Shown piece by piece: positions 9,046 to 18,696 of a DNA stretch of 64,000 bases (positions are counted from its first letter, which is position 1; each line of letters starts with the position of its first letter). Origin of the DNA: a virus. Taxonomy: Duplodnaviria; Caudoviricetes. The notes under the pieces were generated by a model. The model did no database searches. It had not been told where the DNA came from and saw only the letters and a list, made by a program, of their open reading frames with translations. Position numbers and translations under genes: made by a program. The DNA lies in the IMG/VR virus record IMGVR_UViG_2654588115_000001, positions 16,268 to 80,267 of that record. One strand, given 5' to 3'.

Positions 9046-9266
9046 ATCTCATTGAATTAGAAAAACACATGGGTAAAATAAAATACTATGCCCTCCTAAT
9101 GGCAAATGAAGTGGTAAACGGCGAAAAGACAACAGTATGGACTGATTACAGAAACCGCGCCGAAGGTTACATAGAATGTATTTCTGTGGCATTTGACAAC
9201 GAAATCGGCAAGCAGCTAGAAAAATACATGTGGGATTCTTACAAGCACATTATGGAGGACAAATAA
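9042..9266 (+). CDS. Hypothetical protein
   Basis: 74 aa, GAGGAGG RBS, GTGA overlap. Confidence 0.7.
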   Translation: MNLIELEKHMGKIKYYALLMANEVVNGEKTTVWTDYRNRAEGYIECISVAFDNEIGKQLEKYMWDSYKHIMEDK

Positions 9267-9267
9267 A

Positions 9268-9624
9268 ATGGAACTTTTGGAAACCTTACAGGAAATTTGC
9301 AATGGCACGAATTGGGAACCGGAACACGAAGACGGCAACACCTATGGTTTCCGTTGGACCGGTGGGGATTACGATGGCTACATCATACTTTCCGGCGATA
9401 CTATCAGCGACCTTGAAGACGATGCCTATGTAGCCTATGAGAACTTCGATGTTGACGAAGAAACTGCCCTCTGGATTGGCGAGGACGGACACGGCAAGAA
9501 CGGCGCCCCGTACCGCATTAGGGATATTCTGGAGGAATTTGAGAACTACGAAAAGGACCTGGAAAACCTCTGGGATAACCTGCGAAGGGCACGCCAGAGA
9601 GAGGAGGGCATGGCACAATGGTAA
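9268..9624 (+). CDS. Highly acidic protein (possible DNA mimic)
   Basis: 118 aa, GGAGG RBS, very D/E-rich, GKNGAPY motif. Confidence 0.75.
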   Translation: MELLETLQEICNGTNWEPEHEDGNTYGFRWTGGDYDGYIILSGDTISDLEDDAYVAYENFDVDEETALWIGEDGHGKNGAPYRIRDILEEFENYEKDLENLWDNLRRARQREEGMAQW

Positions 9625-9791
9625 GATACGAACCCAGGCAAAGAGAGGCTATTGACGGCGTTGTGTGGTGGGTTCCCTATGACATGCAGAAAAACCGTTA
9701 TTCCACCCTGCTATGCCACGGCAAATACCGCACGAAAAAGGCATGTGCTGCTGCTATCAAATTCTATGAACATTGCTATAGAGGTAACTGA
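9618..9791 (+). CDS. Small 57-aa protein (not in ORF track)
   Basis: MVRYEPRQREAIDGVVWWVPYDMQKNRYSTLLCHGKYRTKKACAAAIKFYEHCYRGN; GGAGG RBS; fills the operon gap. Confidence 0.7.
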   Translation: MVRYEPRQREAIDGVVWWVPYDMQKNRYSTLLCHGKYRTKKACAAAIKFYEHCYRGN

Positions 9792-9793
9792 CC

Positions 9794-10045
9794 ATGAAAA
9801 GATACTTGAATATTACCCACAAGGGATTCACAGTTGGCACTCGCCCCACCAAACACTCGCTAGGGGCCGCCGATATTCCGAAACTGAACCTGAAATACAA
9901 TCAGCGAATTGCTCTGATTGACCACTTTATAGGAATCGGGCTCCTATTCTGGGGTCATGACTATGATTTCTGCGGTAACGAAACGCCGGACCAGAAGTTG
10001 TACCTTACCGATGCAGGGTTCCGGACAGCGTTCGGAAGACATTAA
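9794..10045 (+). CDS. Hypothetical protein
   Basis: 83 aa, GAGGT RBS. Confidence 0.65.
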   Translation: MKRYLNITHKGFTVGTRPTKHSLGAADIPKLNLKYNQRIALIDHFIGIGLLFWGHDYDFCGNETPDQKLYLTDAGFRTAFGRH

Positions 10046-10073
10046 ACATGATATAATATACGGAGGATTTACC

Positions 10074-10322
10074 ATGATTTATGATATTGTTGAATGTGTA
10101 GAAAACTGCCACGGCAGCTATGAATCAGAGAATACAGAAAAATATATTATCGTCAACAACACCAACGACCACAAGGACATTTTGGCAAGCGTGGCTGCCG
10201 AAACGGGCACTCCTGCCCACAGCCTGTATGTTACCCATGAATTTGACGATGATTGGATTCCCCTTAACTACCGTAGCGATAACGCGCCGGCCTATGATTT
10301 GCGCCGGAGAAACATGGAATAA
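10074..10322 (+). CDS. Hypothetical protein
   Basis: Start MIYDIVEC after GGAGG (track start 9957). Confidence 0.7.
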   Translation: MIYDIVECVENCHGSYESENTEKYIIVNNTNDHKDILASVAAETGTPAHSLYVTHEFDDDWIPLNYRSDNAPAYDLRRRNME

Positions 10323-11149
10323 TGAGAGGTGCGAACATGACTATTTACAATGACTTCCTTGAAGAAATCCGCAAGACCCGCCGCCAATCCACCTATAAAA
10401 ACTACAAACGTGCCCTTACTCTGTTCCCCGATGGCTCCGAGGACGAAATCGTGGATTACATTGATAAATCCGAGCACTCCGGCGTTACCAAAAAAAACAA
10501 CCTCCGTGTCCTCAGTATCGCCTTGAAATATAACGGAGCACTGACCAAAGGCATCCACCGCATAATCAGCACCTTCAAACCCGATGAGCCCATCCAGGAA
10601 TGCCCTACAGACGAGCAGGTAGAACTCGTATGGCAGAACCTCAACAAAGACCGTGACCGCGCCATATTCGCACTGATGGCCTACATGGGCTTGCGCGTTG
10701 GCGAGGTCCACAATCTCGACCTGGGCGACATTACCGAAGATGGCAGAATCATCATCCGGAAATCCAAAGGCCACCGTGCCGACATTATGCCCATGGTACA
10801 CGAGCGCGTAGAACGGTCATTACAGAACTATATTGCCGGAGAGCGCCGAGAATCCCATGACAATGCCCTCTTTACAAGCTGCCATGGCAGATTATCCCTC
10901 ATATACTTGCAGCAGATTATCAAAACCGAATTTACCGATAACGGCCTTGGTAAATTCCACTGCCATTCCTTGCGCCGCTACTTTGCCAATTCCATGTATA
11001 ACCATGGCGTTTCCCTGCTCGATATGCAGGACTGTATGCGCCACGCCTCGCCGGAAACCACACGCCGTTACCTCAATCTGAGTCAGCAGAACCGCATCGA
11101 TGCAATGAAAAAGGCTTTCGATGGCAATGTAGGAAGGAGATTTGCCTAA
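10322..11149 (+). CDS. Tyrosine recombinase (XerC/D-like)
   Basis: MGLRVGEV (R), KSKG (K), HSLRRYFA (HxxR), RHASPETTRRY (H, Y); no arm-binding N-terminal domain. Confidence 0.92.
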   Translation: MRGANMTIYNDFLEEIRKTRRQSTYKNYKRALTLFPDGSEDEIVDYIDKSEHSGVTKKNNLRVLSIALKYNGALTKGIHRIISTFKPDEPIQECPTDEQVELVWQNLNKDRDRAIFALMAYMGLRVGEVHNLDLGDITEDGRIIIRKSKGHRADIMPMVHERVERSLQNYIAGERRESHDNALFTSCHGRLSLIYLQQIIKTEFTDNGLGKFHCHSLRRYFANSMYNHGVSLLDMQDCMRHASPETTRRYLNLSQQNRIDAMKKAFDGNVGRRFA

Positions 11150-11260
11150 TGTTTCACTTCTTTGCCCTTATCATTGTCGTTTGGCTTTTGGCAATAAAGA
11201 ACTTATAATATACTGGATGCCCCCGGTGCCACCGCCGAGGACTGAACGGAGGAAATAAAC

Positions 11261-11896
11261 GTGGACAAACAGAAAATCATGGAACGCATTGCCAAGCTAA
11301 TGCAGAAAACCGAGGATAACGGCTGCACTCCCGAAGAAGCCGCAGCAGCCGCATCCATGGTACAAAAACTCATAGCCAAACACCATGTAGACATGGGTGA
11401 ATTCCGAGAAGTCGAGGATATTGCCGCCGAAGAAACCTTTGCAGGTAAGCCGTGGATGGAATACCTTGCCAACATCATAGCCGAAAACACCTGCTGCCAA
11501 GTGGTGGGCGACCACATTCATCGCGGAAAAATCATTCTTACCTTCATTGGCAAAGACACGGACAGAACGGCAGCCCTGCAAATATTCGATAAACTTGTCA
11601 ACGTATGCAGGGTAGGTATTCAGCGAGAAAAAGCAAAATCAAAACTCCGCTATGGAACCTGCCGCAACGTAGAGCATAGCTATGCAATGGGCTTCATCAT
11701 CGCCGTAAAAAAAGCCATGGACGAGCAATGTCGTGCTCTCACATTGGTAGTGCCAGAGGAAGTAAAGGCAAAAACCCATGAACTATTCCCCAATGTTTCC
11801 ACCCAGAAAGCTCGCCCAGTTCGTCACGCAGAAGCATACACCGCAGGAAAACAAGACGGCGCGGATGCCGCAGGACAGAAAAGGATAGGTGCATAA
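11261..11896 (+). CDS. DUF2786-domain protein
   Basis: N-terminus KIMERIAKLM...TPEEAAAAASMVQKLIAKH; C-terminal AY.AGK.DG. Confidence 0.8.
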   Translation: MDKQKIMERIAKLMQKTEDNGCTPEEAAAAASMVQKLIAKHHVDMGEFREVEDIAAEETFAGKPWMEYLANIIAENTCCQVVGDHIHRGKIILTFIGKDTDRTAALQIFDKLVNVCRVGIQREKAKSKLRYGTCRNVEHSYAMGFIIAVKKAMDEQCRALTLVVPEEVKAKTHELFPNVSTQKARPVRHAEAYTAGKQDGADAAGQKRIGA

Positions 11897-11897
11897 T

Positions 11898-12479
11898 ATG
11901 AGCAATGAATTTACAGTATTCAAGGCCGGCGAACAGTTCCCCATCGCCGATACTCGTGGCAAACAAGGTTTCTTCTTCGACTACGCCGAAGACAACATGG
12001 CCATACTTACCTGCTGCTTTCCCAATATGACCAAACGGGAAAGCGACCTAGTTCTCGCAAGCCACGGCACAGTAGGCCTCTTCATGTACCAGGGAGTTAT
12101 CTTCTTCACCGCCAAATTCGGCAAGATTGACGGCGATGCTGCCTATAACATCAATCTGCACGAACATCCGGAGAAAATTATCGTTAAAGAGCCTGCACCA
12201 GGCACCGGCCTCCCCCTCTACATCTTCGCCGTAGACAGTGCCACCAACATTCTCATCGGCTCCCGTGTCTGCGGTCTTGGCACCCGATTCACCCATGACT
12301 TCCGCAAAATGACTGAGGAACAGCGCCACATGGACTTTAACGAACCCACATTCATGCAGAGTGTCCTCGAATGCCAAAACCGTTGGACCACCAAAGACCT
12401 ACACCGCATGGCTACCACCTACAAACTGGGCACCAAGGAAGGGGAATCTCCCCTGGATATACTGGAAATTCCACGATGA
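11898..12479 (+). CDS. Hypothetical protein
   Basis: About 193 aa, operonic. Confidence 0.75.
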   Translation: MSNEFTVFKAGEQFPIADTRGKQGFFFDYAEDNMAILTCCFPNMTKRESDLVLASHGTVGLFMYQGVIFFTAKFGKIDGDAAYNINLHEHPEKIIVKEPAPGTGLPLYIFAVDSATNILIGSRVCGLGTRFTHDFRKMTEEQRHMDFNEPTFMQSVLECQNRWTTKDLHRMATTYKLGTKEGESPLDILEIPR

Positions 12480-12520
12480 TAGATGGTATAATTAACAGAT
12501 AGCAAAAGGGGGGCATAACC

Positions 12521-12739
12521 ATGGGAGCATTTGACTTACCACATGACGAAGTATTTATCTATGATGATAAAAAGAGATGCGTTGCTATTATTGACGGTCA
12601 TCCCTATGAAAGCGAGGTAAAAGAGTGGATAGATGACTACGGAAATCCGAGGAAAATCACGGTAATGCCTCTTTCCGGCGAGGAATACACGGTCTATGAA
12701 GACGGCAAAATTATGAACTGCCAGCCCGATTTTATGTGA
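12521..12739 (+). CDS. Hypothetical protein
   Basis: 72 aa, AAGGGGG RBS. Confidence 0.7.
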   Translation: MGAFDLPHDEVFIYDDKKRCVAIIDGHPYESEVKEWIDDYGNPRKITVMPLSGEEYTVYEDGKIMNCQPDFM

Positions 12740-12758
12740 GGAAAACAAGGAGCCAACG

Positions 12759-12959
12759 ATGTTATCAAAGAAAAAAGTTTCCTCAATGGATAACAAGGAA
12801 TTGCTACAAACCACGATAAGATTAGAAGATAGTCTGATGGTTGAAGCGAACAGTCGACGAGGAGTGACCAAGAAAACCTCTCACGACATGGATATTTGCC
12901 TTGAGGAATTATGCCAACGTCTGGACATAGAGTATAATCCGTCAGACTGGGACATATAA
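12759..12959 (+). CDS. Hypothetical protein
   Basis: 66 aa, AAGGAG RBS. Confidence 0.7.
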   Translation: MLSKKKVSSMDNKELLQTTIRLEDSLMVEANSRRGVTKKTSHDMDICLEELCQRLDIEYNPSDWDI

Positions 12960-12991
12960 GAGTTTTCAAATCCGATATAGAGGTTATGCAG

Positions 12992-13237
12992 ATGTCAAAG
13001 AAAATGGATGCCGCGACCGAAACGCGAGAATTCATCAGTGAAATAATACAAGAGCTACACAAGGAAATCACCACTGGCACAGTCGGTGTGACTAACCAGG
13101 ACTATTTCTCCGAAGGGTTGAACCGCATACAGAAAAAGTACAACCTAACGGATGAACAAATTGGAGATATAGTGAAAGATATATCCAATAAAGACCTGGT
13201 ACATAAGGTCTTAGCAGCGAAAGGACAGGATGAATGA
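12992..13237 (+). CDS. Hypothetical protein
   Basis: GAGGT RBS, operonic. Confidence 0.65.
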   Translation: MSKKMDAATETREFISEIIQELHKEITTGTVGVTNQDYFSEGLNRIQKKYNLTDEQIGDIVKDISNKDLVHKVLAAKGQDE

Positions 13238-13440
13238 ACCCCATTGAACAGAATAGCTGCCAACTTTTCAACACCGGCAGATTCAACGATATTGTACTGG
13301 CCTATGTAATTCTCTCCATGAGAAACGCTAGAACGCCCCAGGACGAGGCTTTGAAGCTCATTGATGCCCTCGGTCATAACCTTGACAGCATGACCGCAGA
13401 ACAAGCCTTACAGCATTACAGGGCAGGTATCAACGGATGA
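13234..13440 (+). CDS. Hypothetical protein
   Basis: 68 aa, ATGA overlaps on both sides. Confidence 0.7.
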   Translation: MNPIEQNSCQLFNTGRFNDIVLAYVILSMRNARTPQDEALKLIDALGHNLDSMTAEQALQHYRAGING

Positions 13441-13808
13441 TACTCACCACCAATACCCGGTTCAGCAGCCAGGCACACCAAAATTTCATCTTTGACCATG
13501 GCGTATGGCACAAGATGATTCCGGAACGGGCATCCCTCATCTACCTGCTTGGTATACTACGGGTCACACGAGAACATATCCGAGAGATTATCGACTTTGA
13601 AAATGATGAAATCCAACCAGAATGCCTCTCCCAGCCCTGGGTAACACCTTTGGCTCGGCGAACCATAATGTTGGCCTTCAATCTCTATACCAACTGGATA
13701 CCCGATGAGTACCCGGAGGATTGTTCCCCATCCGCATTGTTTGACAATGACAAAATCCGGGAGTTTATGCAAGAGGGATTAAATATAAGATATAGGAAAC
13801 CATCATAA
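13437..13808 (+). CDS. DUF6075-like protein
   Basis: SLIYLLGI...REHI..I.DF....I.PECL..PW.T....R...LAFNLY pattern. Confidence 0.65.
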   Translation: MILTTNTRFSSQAHQNFIFDHGVWHKMIPERASLIYLLGILRVTREHIREIIDFENDEIQPECLSQPWVTPLARRTIMLAFNLYTNWIPDEYPEDCSPSALFDNDKIREFMQEGLNIRYRKPS

Positions 13809-13837
13809 AAAGAGAGCCTGCAACAGGCTCTCTTTTT
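13807..13837. terminator. Bidirectional intrinsic terminator
   Basis: AAAAAGAGAGCCTG-CAA-CAGGCTCTCTTTTT between convergent genes. Confidence 0.9.
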
Positions 13838-14474
13838 ATGCTCTAACCATTTCTAAAGTTACTTTATCATATAGAGATTTTAGTTCATTAATTGCTTTTC
13901 TTACAACTTCGATATTATCTACTTTATCACATTCAATAGTCTTATATATTTGTGTTCTGTAAATTTTATTTTCACTAATAATATTTTTTAATTCATCTTT
14001 ATCTCTAAGTGGGACAACCTTAGTGCTTCTTCTTTTTGAGATACCATATTGGAAACCGCTTGGTAAATCCATCGTAAGAGTTATATCGTTGTACTTATTA
14101 ATCATTTTATAAGTAGTTTGTTTTTCATTTATTTCCAAAGCAACTCTATACTCTGCTTTTTCATTATTAGGTTCTGCAAACAAAGAAATACTAACTGCCC
14201 CACCAACATAATTGATATTCTGCAATTCTGCCCATAAATATGTTCTAATTCTTCTTCGTGTTCCATCGAGCACATTATTATGTTGGACAAAAACAAAATC
14301 TGTATTTGCACATATGTTTTCAACTTCTTTATTAAAAACTTCAATCATATGCAGAGAATTTTTATATAAATCTTCCATATATTTTTTTTCATTTGCATCG
14401 ATTATCTTTTTAGGAGATTTATACGCTTTGCCACAGCAGGACATAATATAGTTAGCCAATTCACTATTATTCAT
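13836..14474 (-). CDS. R-M island accessory protein, unknown function
   Basis: About 212 aa, low GC, overlaps the MTase stop. Confidence 0.75.
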   Translation of the reverse strand: MNNSELANYIMSCCGKAYKSPKKIIDANEKKYMEDLYKNSLHMIEVFNKEVENICANTDFVFVQHNNVLDGTRRRIRTYLWAELQNINYVGGAVSISLFAEPNNEKAEYRVALEINEKQTTYKMINKYNDITLTMDLPSGFQYGISKRRSTKVVPLRDKDELKNIISENKIYRTQIYKTIECDKVDNIEVVRKAINELKSLYDKVTLEMVRA

Positions 14475-15453
14475 GCTCGCAACCTTCTTCATTTAGATAT
14501 TTTGTCACTTGATTAGCTATATGCCAAAACATAACAGGAGGAATTGCATTCCCTAATGCCCTATACTGACTTGAATCACTACCACAGAGCTTGAAGTCCT
14601 CCGGGAAAGACTGTATTCTTGCTACCTCTCTAGGAGTAAATCTTCTATACTTGTCATTTTCAAACAATACAGGGTCAGTACTGTTCAAGGATACTTTTGC
14701 TAAATGAGCACCAACTGTATTGCATGGGCCATTAATATCCTGGGCTCTTCCTTTATTCATTGAATCACGATTTTTCATCATTCCATCAACTGCTCTTTGC
14801 GAAAAGTAATATTTGTCCGGCACATCTTCTTCGAGAACTTTTCTTAATGGAACATAATCACTGCTATCATTAATTAAAGACTCTGGAAACTCAAAGTCAA
14901 CATTCAAGTCTTTTCTAAAGCCTACAATTATAACCCTTTCTCTTTTCTGTGGAACCCCATACTCAACAGCCTTAACAATATCATACTTAACTGTATAACC
15001 AGAATCCTCGAATTCTTTTATAATCAAAGGAAACGCCTCATGTTTATTGGCAGTTAATATCCCTTTAACATTTTCCGCAATAAAGCATTTAGGTTTTTTT
15101 TCACGTAATATTCTACACATCTCGAAGAAAAGCATTCCCTTATCGTCTTTAATACCCAGTCTTTTTGGATTCTGGGCTACTATTGAAAAACTTTGACACG
15201 GGAAACCACCAGTTAAAATATCAATTTCTGGTATTTCGGATGATTTAACTGTTCTAATATCTCTATTATCCGGTTTTAATCCAAAATTTTCTTCAAAAAT
15301 ATTGCAAGCCGATTCTTCAATATCATTAGCATATACAATTTCCATACCATTGTCATTATAGTGATTTCCTAAAAAGTTAAAATCACCTAACAACCCAACA
15401 TCAGTTCCTCCACACCCACAAAACAAAGATGCAACTTTTAATTTCCGTTCCAC
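14467..15453 (-). CDS. DNA (cytosine-5) methyltransferase M2
   Basis: FCGCGG, GGFPCQSFS, ENV, QKRERV, R.FTPREVARIQSF, YRALGNA. Confidence 0.97.
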   Translation of the reverse strand: MERKLKVASLFCGCGGTDVGLLGDFNFLGNHYNDNGMEIVYANDIEESACNIFEENFGLKPDNRDIRTVKSSEIPEIDILTGGFPCQSFSIVAQNPKRLGIKDDKGMLFFEMCRILREKKPKCFIAENVKGILTANKHEAFPLIIKEFEDSGYTVKYDIVKAVEYGVPQKRERVIIVGFRKDLNVDFEFPESLINDSSDYVPLRKVLEEDVPDKYYFSQRAVDGMMKNRDSMNKGRAQDINGPCNTVGAHLAKVSLNSTDPVLFENDKYRRFTPREVARIQSFPEDFKLCGSDSSQYRALGNAIPPVMFWHIANQVTKYLNEEGCEHE

Positions 15454-16868
15454 GCTAATAACTCCTCATATTGTCCAGCTTTTTCCTTAAATGTTATTTC
15501 CATTCCATCTCTAGGCGCTATTGAAATTAAATCATCCTTAAATAATTTGACAGGGTCATTTAATATAAATAATTTTATATTCGACTTGCTTATCATCAAT
15601 CTGTAAACAAAATACCTATTTGTATAGCTTGTTGCAGCTTGCCATTCATTAGGCGTAAGATGAATTTTATTAAAAACAATAGGCCTATTACTAATAGTAG
15701 TCTTTACTTCTATATTCCTTATAGTTTCGTCAAGTTCTCTTGAGCTAATATCATATCCAACAGCTAATTCTGTCGGCATCTTTTTCACCAAATGTATAAG
15801 GTCTTCTCTACCACCAATTCGTAGTCTCTCACACTCGTGCCCTTCAACTAACGTTTCGCCAATATCGCCAATATCTTTGGTGTTTAAGTTGTCAAATTTA
15901 TTAATTTTTTCAAGATAAACCGCAAATTGTTTCATTCTTTCATTACGATTATCTTTTTCACTATCCAACGCATCGCAAATATAATTTGTTATATCTGTGC
16001 TAAAGTCTGTGTCGGTTAGTTCTCTGTTAACATATCTAAACCAGTTCGATTTACAATTATTAATCTCATCTAGTGAAGCCGTTCCTCTTTCAATGTACTC
16101 ATCATACTCATCGAACCATTCATTTGAATTAACGAACCTAAGTATTGTTTCATTTTCTCTATGGTTCAAGTAGAAATGTTTTCCATTATACGACGTTAAT
16201 AAATTTGCTAATTCCATATAATCAAGTATATCTCCTGCATACCTAATTATATCTCCTTCTTGAACATACTCCCTTTCCAATTCTCTATTTTTTTGAATAC
16301 GATGCCACGCATTTATAGGAGGTTCATTATCCCTAGTACATCTCAAATCGTTAAATATGCAATAACAAGCCTCTGCTTTTGTAATATAGCATTTTTTTCC
16401 TGTTTCTTTTTCTGCATCACTTAATACTCTTAGAAAATATGCTACAGGCTTAAATCTTATTTTATTTTCGATAAGTTCTTTTATATATTTAGCTTTTACA
16501 TGCGCCCCAGGATATTGAAATGTAAAACAAAATCTCTTAAAGAATCTTACCAAATCATTTGATTCAGCCAACTCATTTGCACTTAGACAAGCATGATTTT
16601 TTCTATATTCATCTTCATAGAACAATCCAAACAGTGATGAGATTTCCGTTCTCCAATTATTCATTGTCTTCACTGTCACTGTCGCATTTCCAGGAAAGCA
16701 TCTTATTGATTTTAACAGCTCTTCATTAAATTCATCTTTGTCTCTACTACCAATTCTATTAATCTCAGAAGCCATATAAATCAATACTGCTTCTACATTA
16801 GACTTAAAGCGTGGTCTGCAATGATGTATTCTAAAGTTGTATTCTTCCGGAGTATGATATATAGACAC
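15438..16868 (-). CDS. Probable type II restriction endonuclease (C-terminal DUF3883/PD-(D/E)XK)
   Basis: IGE...GYDISS...IEVKTT...LTPNEW; lies between two MTases. Confidence 0.85.
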   Translation of the reverse strand: MSIYHTPEEYNFRIHHCRPRFKSNVEAVLIYMASEINRIGSRDKDEFNEELLKSIRCFPGNATVTVKTMNNWRTEISSLFGLFYEDEYRKNHACLSANELAESNDLVRFFKRFCFTFQYPGAHVKAKYIKELIENKIRFKPVAYFLRVLSDAEKETGKKCYITKAEACYCIFNDLRCTRDNEPPINAWHRIQKNRELEREYVQEGDIIRYAGDILDYMELANLLTSYNGKHFYLNHRENETILRFVNSNEWFDEYDEYIERGTASLDEINNCKSNWFRYVNRELTDTDFSTDITNYICDALDSEKDNRNERMKQFAVYLEKINKFDNLNTKDIGDIGETLVEGHECERLRIGGREDLIHLVKKMPTELAVGYDISSRELDETIRNIEVKTTISNRPIVFNKIHLTPNEWQAATSYTNRYFVYRLMISKSNIKLFILNDPVKLFKDDLISIAPRDGMEITFKEKAGQYEELLAWNGN

Positions 16869-16870
16869 AA

Positions 16871-17962
16871 TTATCTCTCCTCTTTAGCTTCAAGGACTTT
16901 TCTTACTTGCTTTGCTATTTCCTGTGCCATAAGTGGTGGCACAGCATTTCCCACTTGTCTAAATTGCTGTGTTTTATTACCTAAAAACCGAAAATCATCT
17001 GGGAATGATTGTAATCTTGCACATTCTCTTACAGTCGGAACTCTATTATATTTGTAATGGAAATGATGTCTATGTCCTGTATCTATTGTTGGAGCAGGCT
17101 TATTATCTGGAAATCTCGTCCATGCAACATGGAAATTTCTTGTATTTCTATATTCTTCTGGTAAATCCTTGTAATTTCCTCCGGCAGGAACTAAAGATAT
17201 AATCTTTCTAACTCTTTCCGTATGGTTAGCAGCTATATGGTTTTTTACACTGTCCGAATTTTTTCTCATTAATTTTTGATAATCATTTTGCGGTTGAACT
17301 GCATAATCCTGGATTTCTTCTCCTAATGTATCTTCTAATGGAGGCAAATCTGACAAAGCCATTTCGCAGGTGACTATTTCAGATTTAGGCGTAGGATAAT
17401 GAAATTCTATATTTGCATCCTTCGTCCCCACAAAAATAACTCTTCTTCTATTTTGTGGAACTCCATAATCAGCAGAACATAATATTTCGCATTTAACATC
17501 ATAACCCATTTTCCCAAATTCTGTTAAAATGCTTTCTTTAATTTTTCCCTTAAACAAACCGACAAGACCAGGTACATTCTCAATGACAAATGCTTTTGGT
17601 TGGATTTCCTTAACCAGTCTAATATATGACAAATATAGTTTATTTCGTGGGTCATCAAACTTTCTAGGGCCAGATAGCGACATGCCCTGACATGGCGGCC
17701 CACCAACTATTATATCAATAGTTTTATCTCCGATAAGAGGTTTTATATCCTTCTCATAAGTAATTGTTGTTATATCACCACAAATAGACTTTGCCCCTTT
17801 ATGGTTTAATTCAAATGTTTCTAATGCTTTCTGGTCACTGTCTATTCCTACTAAAATATCAAAATTATCCTGTTGAAAGCCATAAGAAAGGCCGCCAGCA
17901 CCACAAAATAAGTCTATTGCATTATATTTTTTCACCTTATTTATCACCTTTTCAAAATACAT
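16871..17962 (-). CDS. DNA (cytosine-5) methyltransferase M1
   Basis: FCGAGG, GGPPCQGMS, ENV, QNRRRV, TVRECARLQSF, QVGNAV. Confidence 0.97.
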   Translation of the reverse strand: MYFEKVINKVKKYNAIDLFCGAGGLSYGFQQDNFDILVGIDSDQKALETFELNHKGAKSICGDITTITYEKDIKPLIGDKTIDIIVGGPPCQGMSLSGPRKFDDPRNKLYLSYIRLVKEIQPKAFVIENVPGLVGLFKGKIKESILTEFGKMGYDVKCEILCSADYGVPQNRRRVIFVGTKDANIEFHYPTPKSEIVTCEMALSDLPPLEDTLGEEIQDYAVQPQNDYQKLMRKNSDSVKNHIAANHTERVRKIISLVPAGGNYKDLPEEYRNTRNFHVAWTRFPDNKPAPTIDTGHRHHFHYKYNRVPTVRECARLQSFPDDFRFLGNKTQQFRQVGNAVPPLMAQEIAKQVRKVLEAKEER

Positions 17963-17971
17963 TTAACTATC

Positions 17972-18175
17972 TCATTTATCTATAGACCCAAACACTCTTG
18001 TCATTCCTGTCACGCTAATAAGCCACGTTCCTCCCGATTTTCTTGCTTCCATCGAGGTAAATCTTGCAGCTACATTAGCATAGCCTGTACATGCTTGTCT
18101 AACAGTTATAGGTGCGAGATGCCAGCGCGCTGCCGCCTCTGATGCCGTCATGACATTTTCAAGCTCACTACGCAT
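17972..18175 (-). CDS. Small HTH protein (putative R-M controller)
   Basis: VMTASEAAARW.L...TVRQAC...RKSGGTWLIS; excisionase-like wHTH; GAGGAG RBS. Confidence 0.8.
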   Translation of the reverse strand: MRSELENVMTASEAAARWHLAPITVRQACTGYANVAARFTSMEARKSGGTWLISVTGMTRVFGSIDK

Positions 18176-18469
18176 TACTACTCCTCCTCATACTAATCCT
18201 AGTATAATATTATACAAGATATCCAATAATATTTCAATCTTTTTCGATTGGAGTTTTATATTTACCTTATTATCATTACTTTAAGTTAATTATCCTTTCA
18301 ATTCCTTCAATGTATATCATTTGTATCATAATTATTTAAGCTATATCATTTATCAAATAATAATCATCCAATCAACATTTATATCAATATGTAGATTTTT
18401 AAGATTATTTGAATTATACATTTTTTAGCGAGCACATATTAGAATAATTAATCAAATTTTTAGCCCATA

Positions 18470-18572
18470 AAAAAAGTCTGCTGCAATCACTATGCAACAG
18501 ACCTTTTGCGTATTTCCTTTACCTGCTGAGCTTCCCCGCTCTTGAAGGATTTCATCACTTCCCCAAGTGACA
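18470..18572 (-). ncRNA. sRNA of about 100 nt with two GGGGA-loop hairpins
   Basis: TTGCTT-N17-TATAAT (18607-18579); TCACTT-GGGG-AAGTGA and GAGC-GGGGAA-GCTC hairpins; terminator GTCTG...CAGAC-T7. Confidence 0.65.
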
Positions 18573-18627
18573 ACAGCTATTATACGCCTCTCATATACAT
18601 AAAGCAACCCCGAAACCTTATTATTTT

Positions 18628-18677
18628 CATTACGCCATTATACCATTACACATGTATAACATTATACATGTGTAATG
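18628..18677. repeat. 8-bp repeat array 3 (parS-like)
   Basis: TTACGCCA TTATACCA TTACACAT... Confidence 0.75.
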
Positions 18678-18696
18678 TCCAAATTCACTTACCCTC

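Noticed and set aside
10322-11149. Prophage boundary or att site at the recombinase
   Set aside because: Phage genes continue on both sides, and no host genes or tRNA-associated att duplication are seen in the window.
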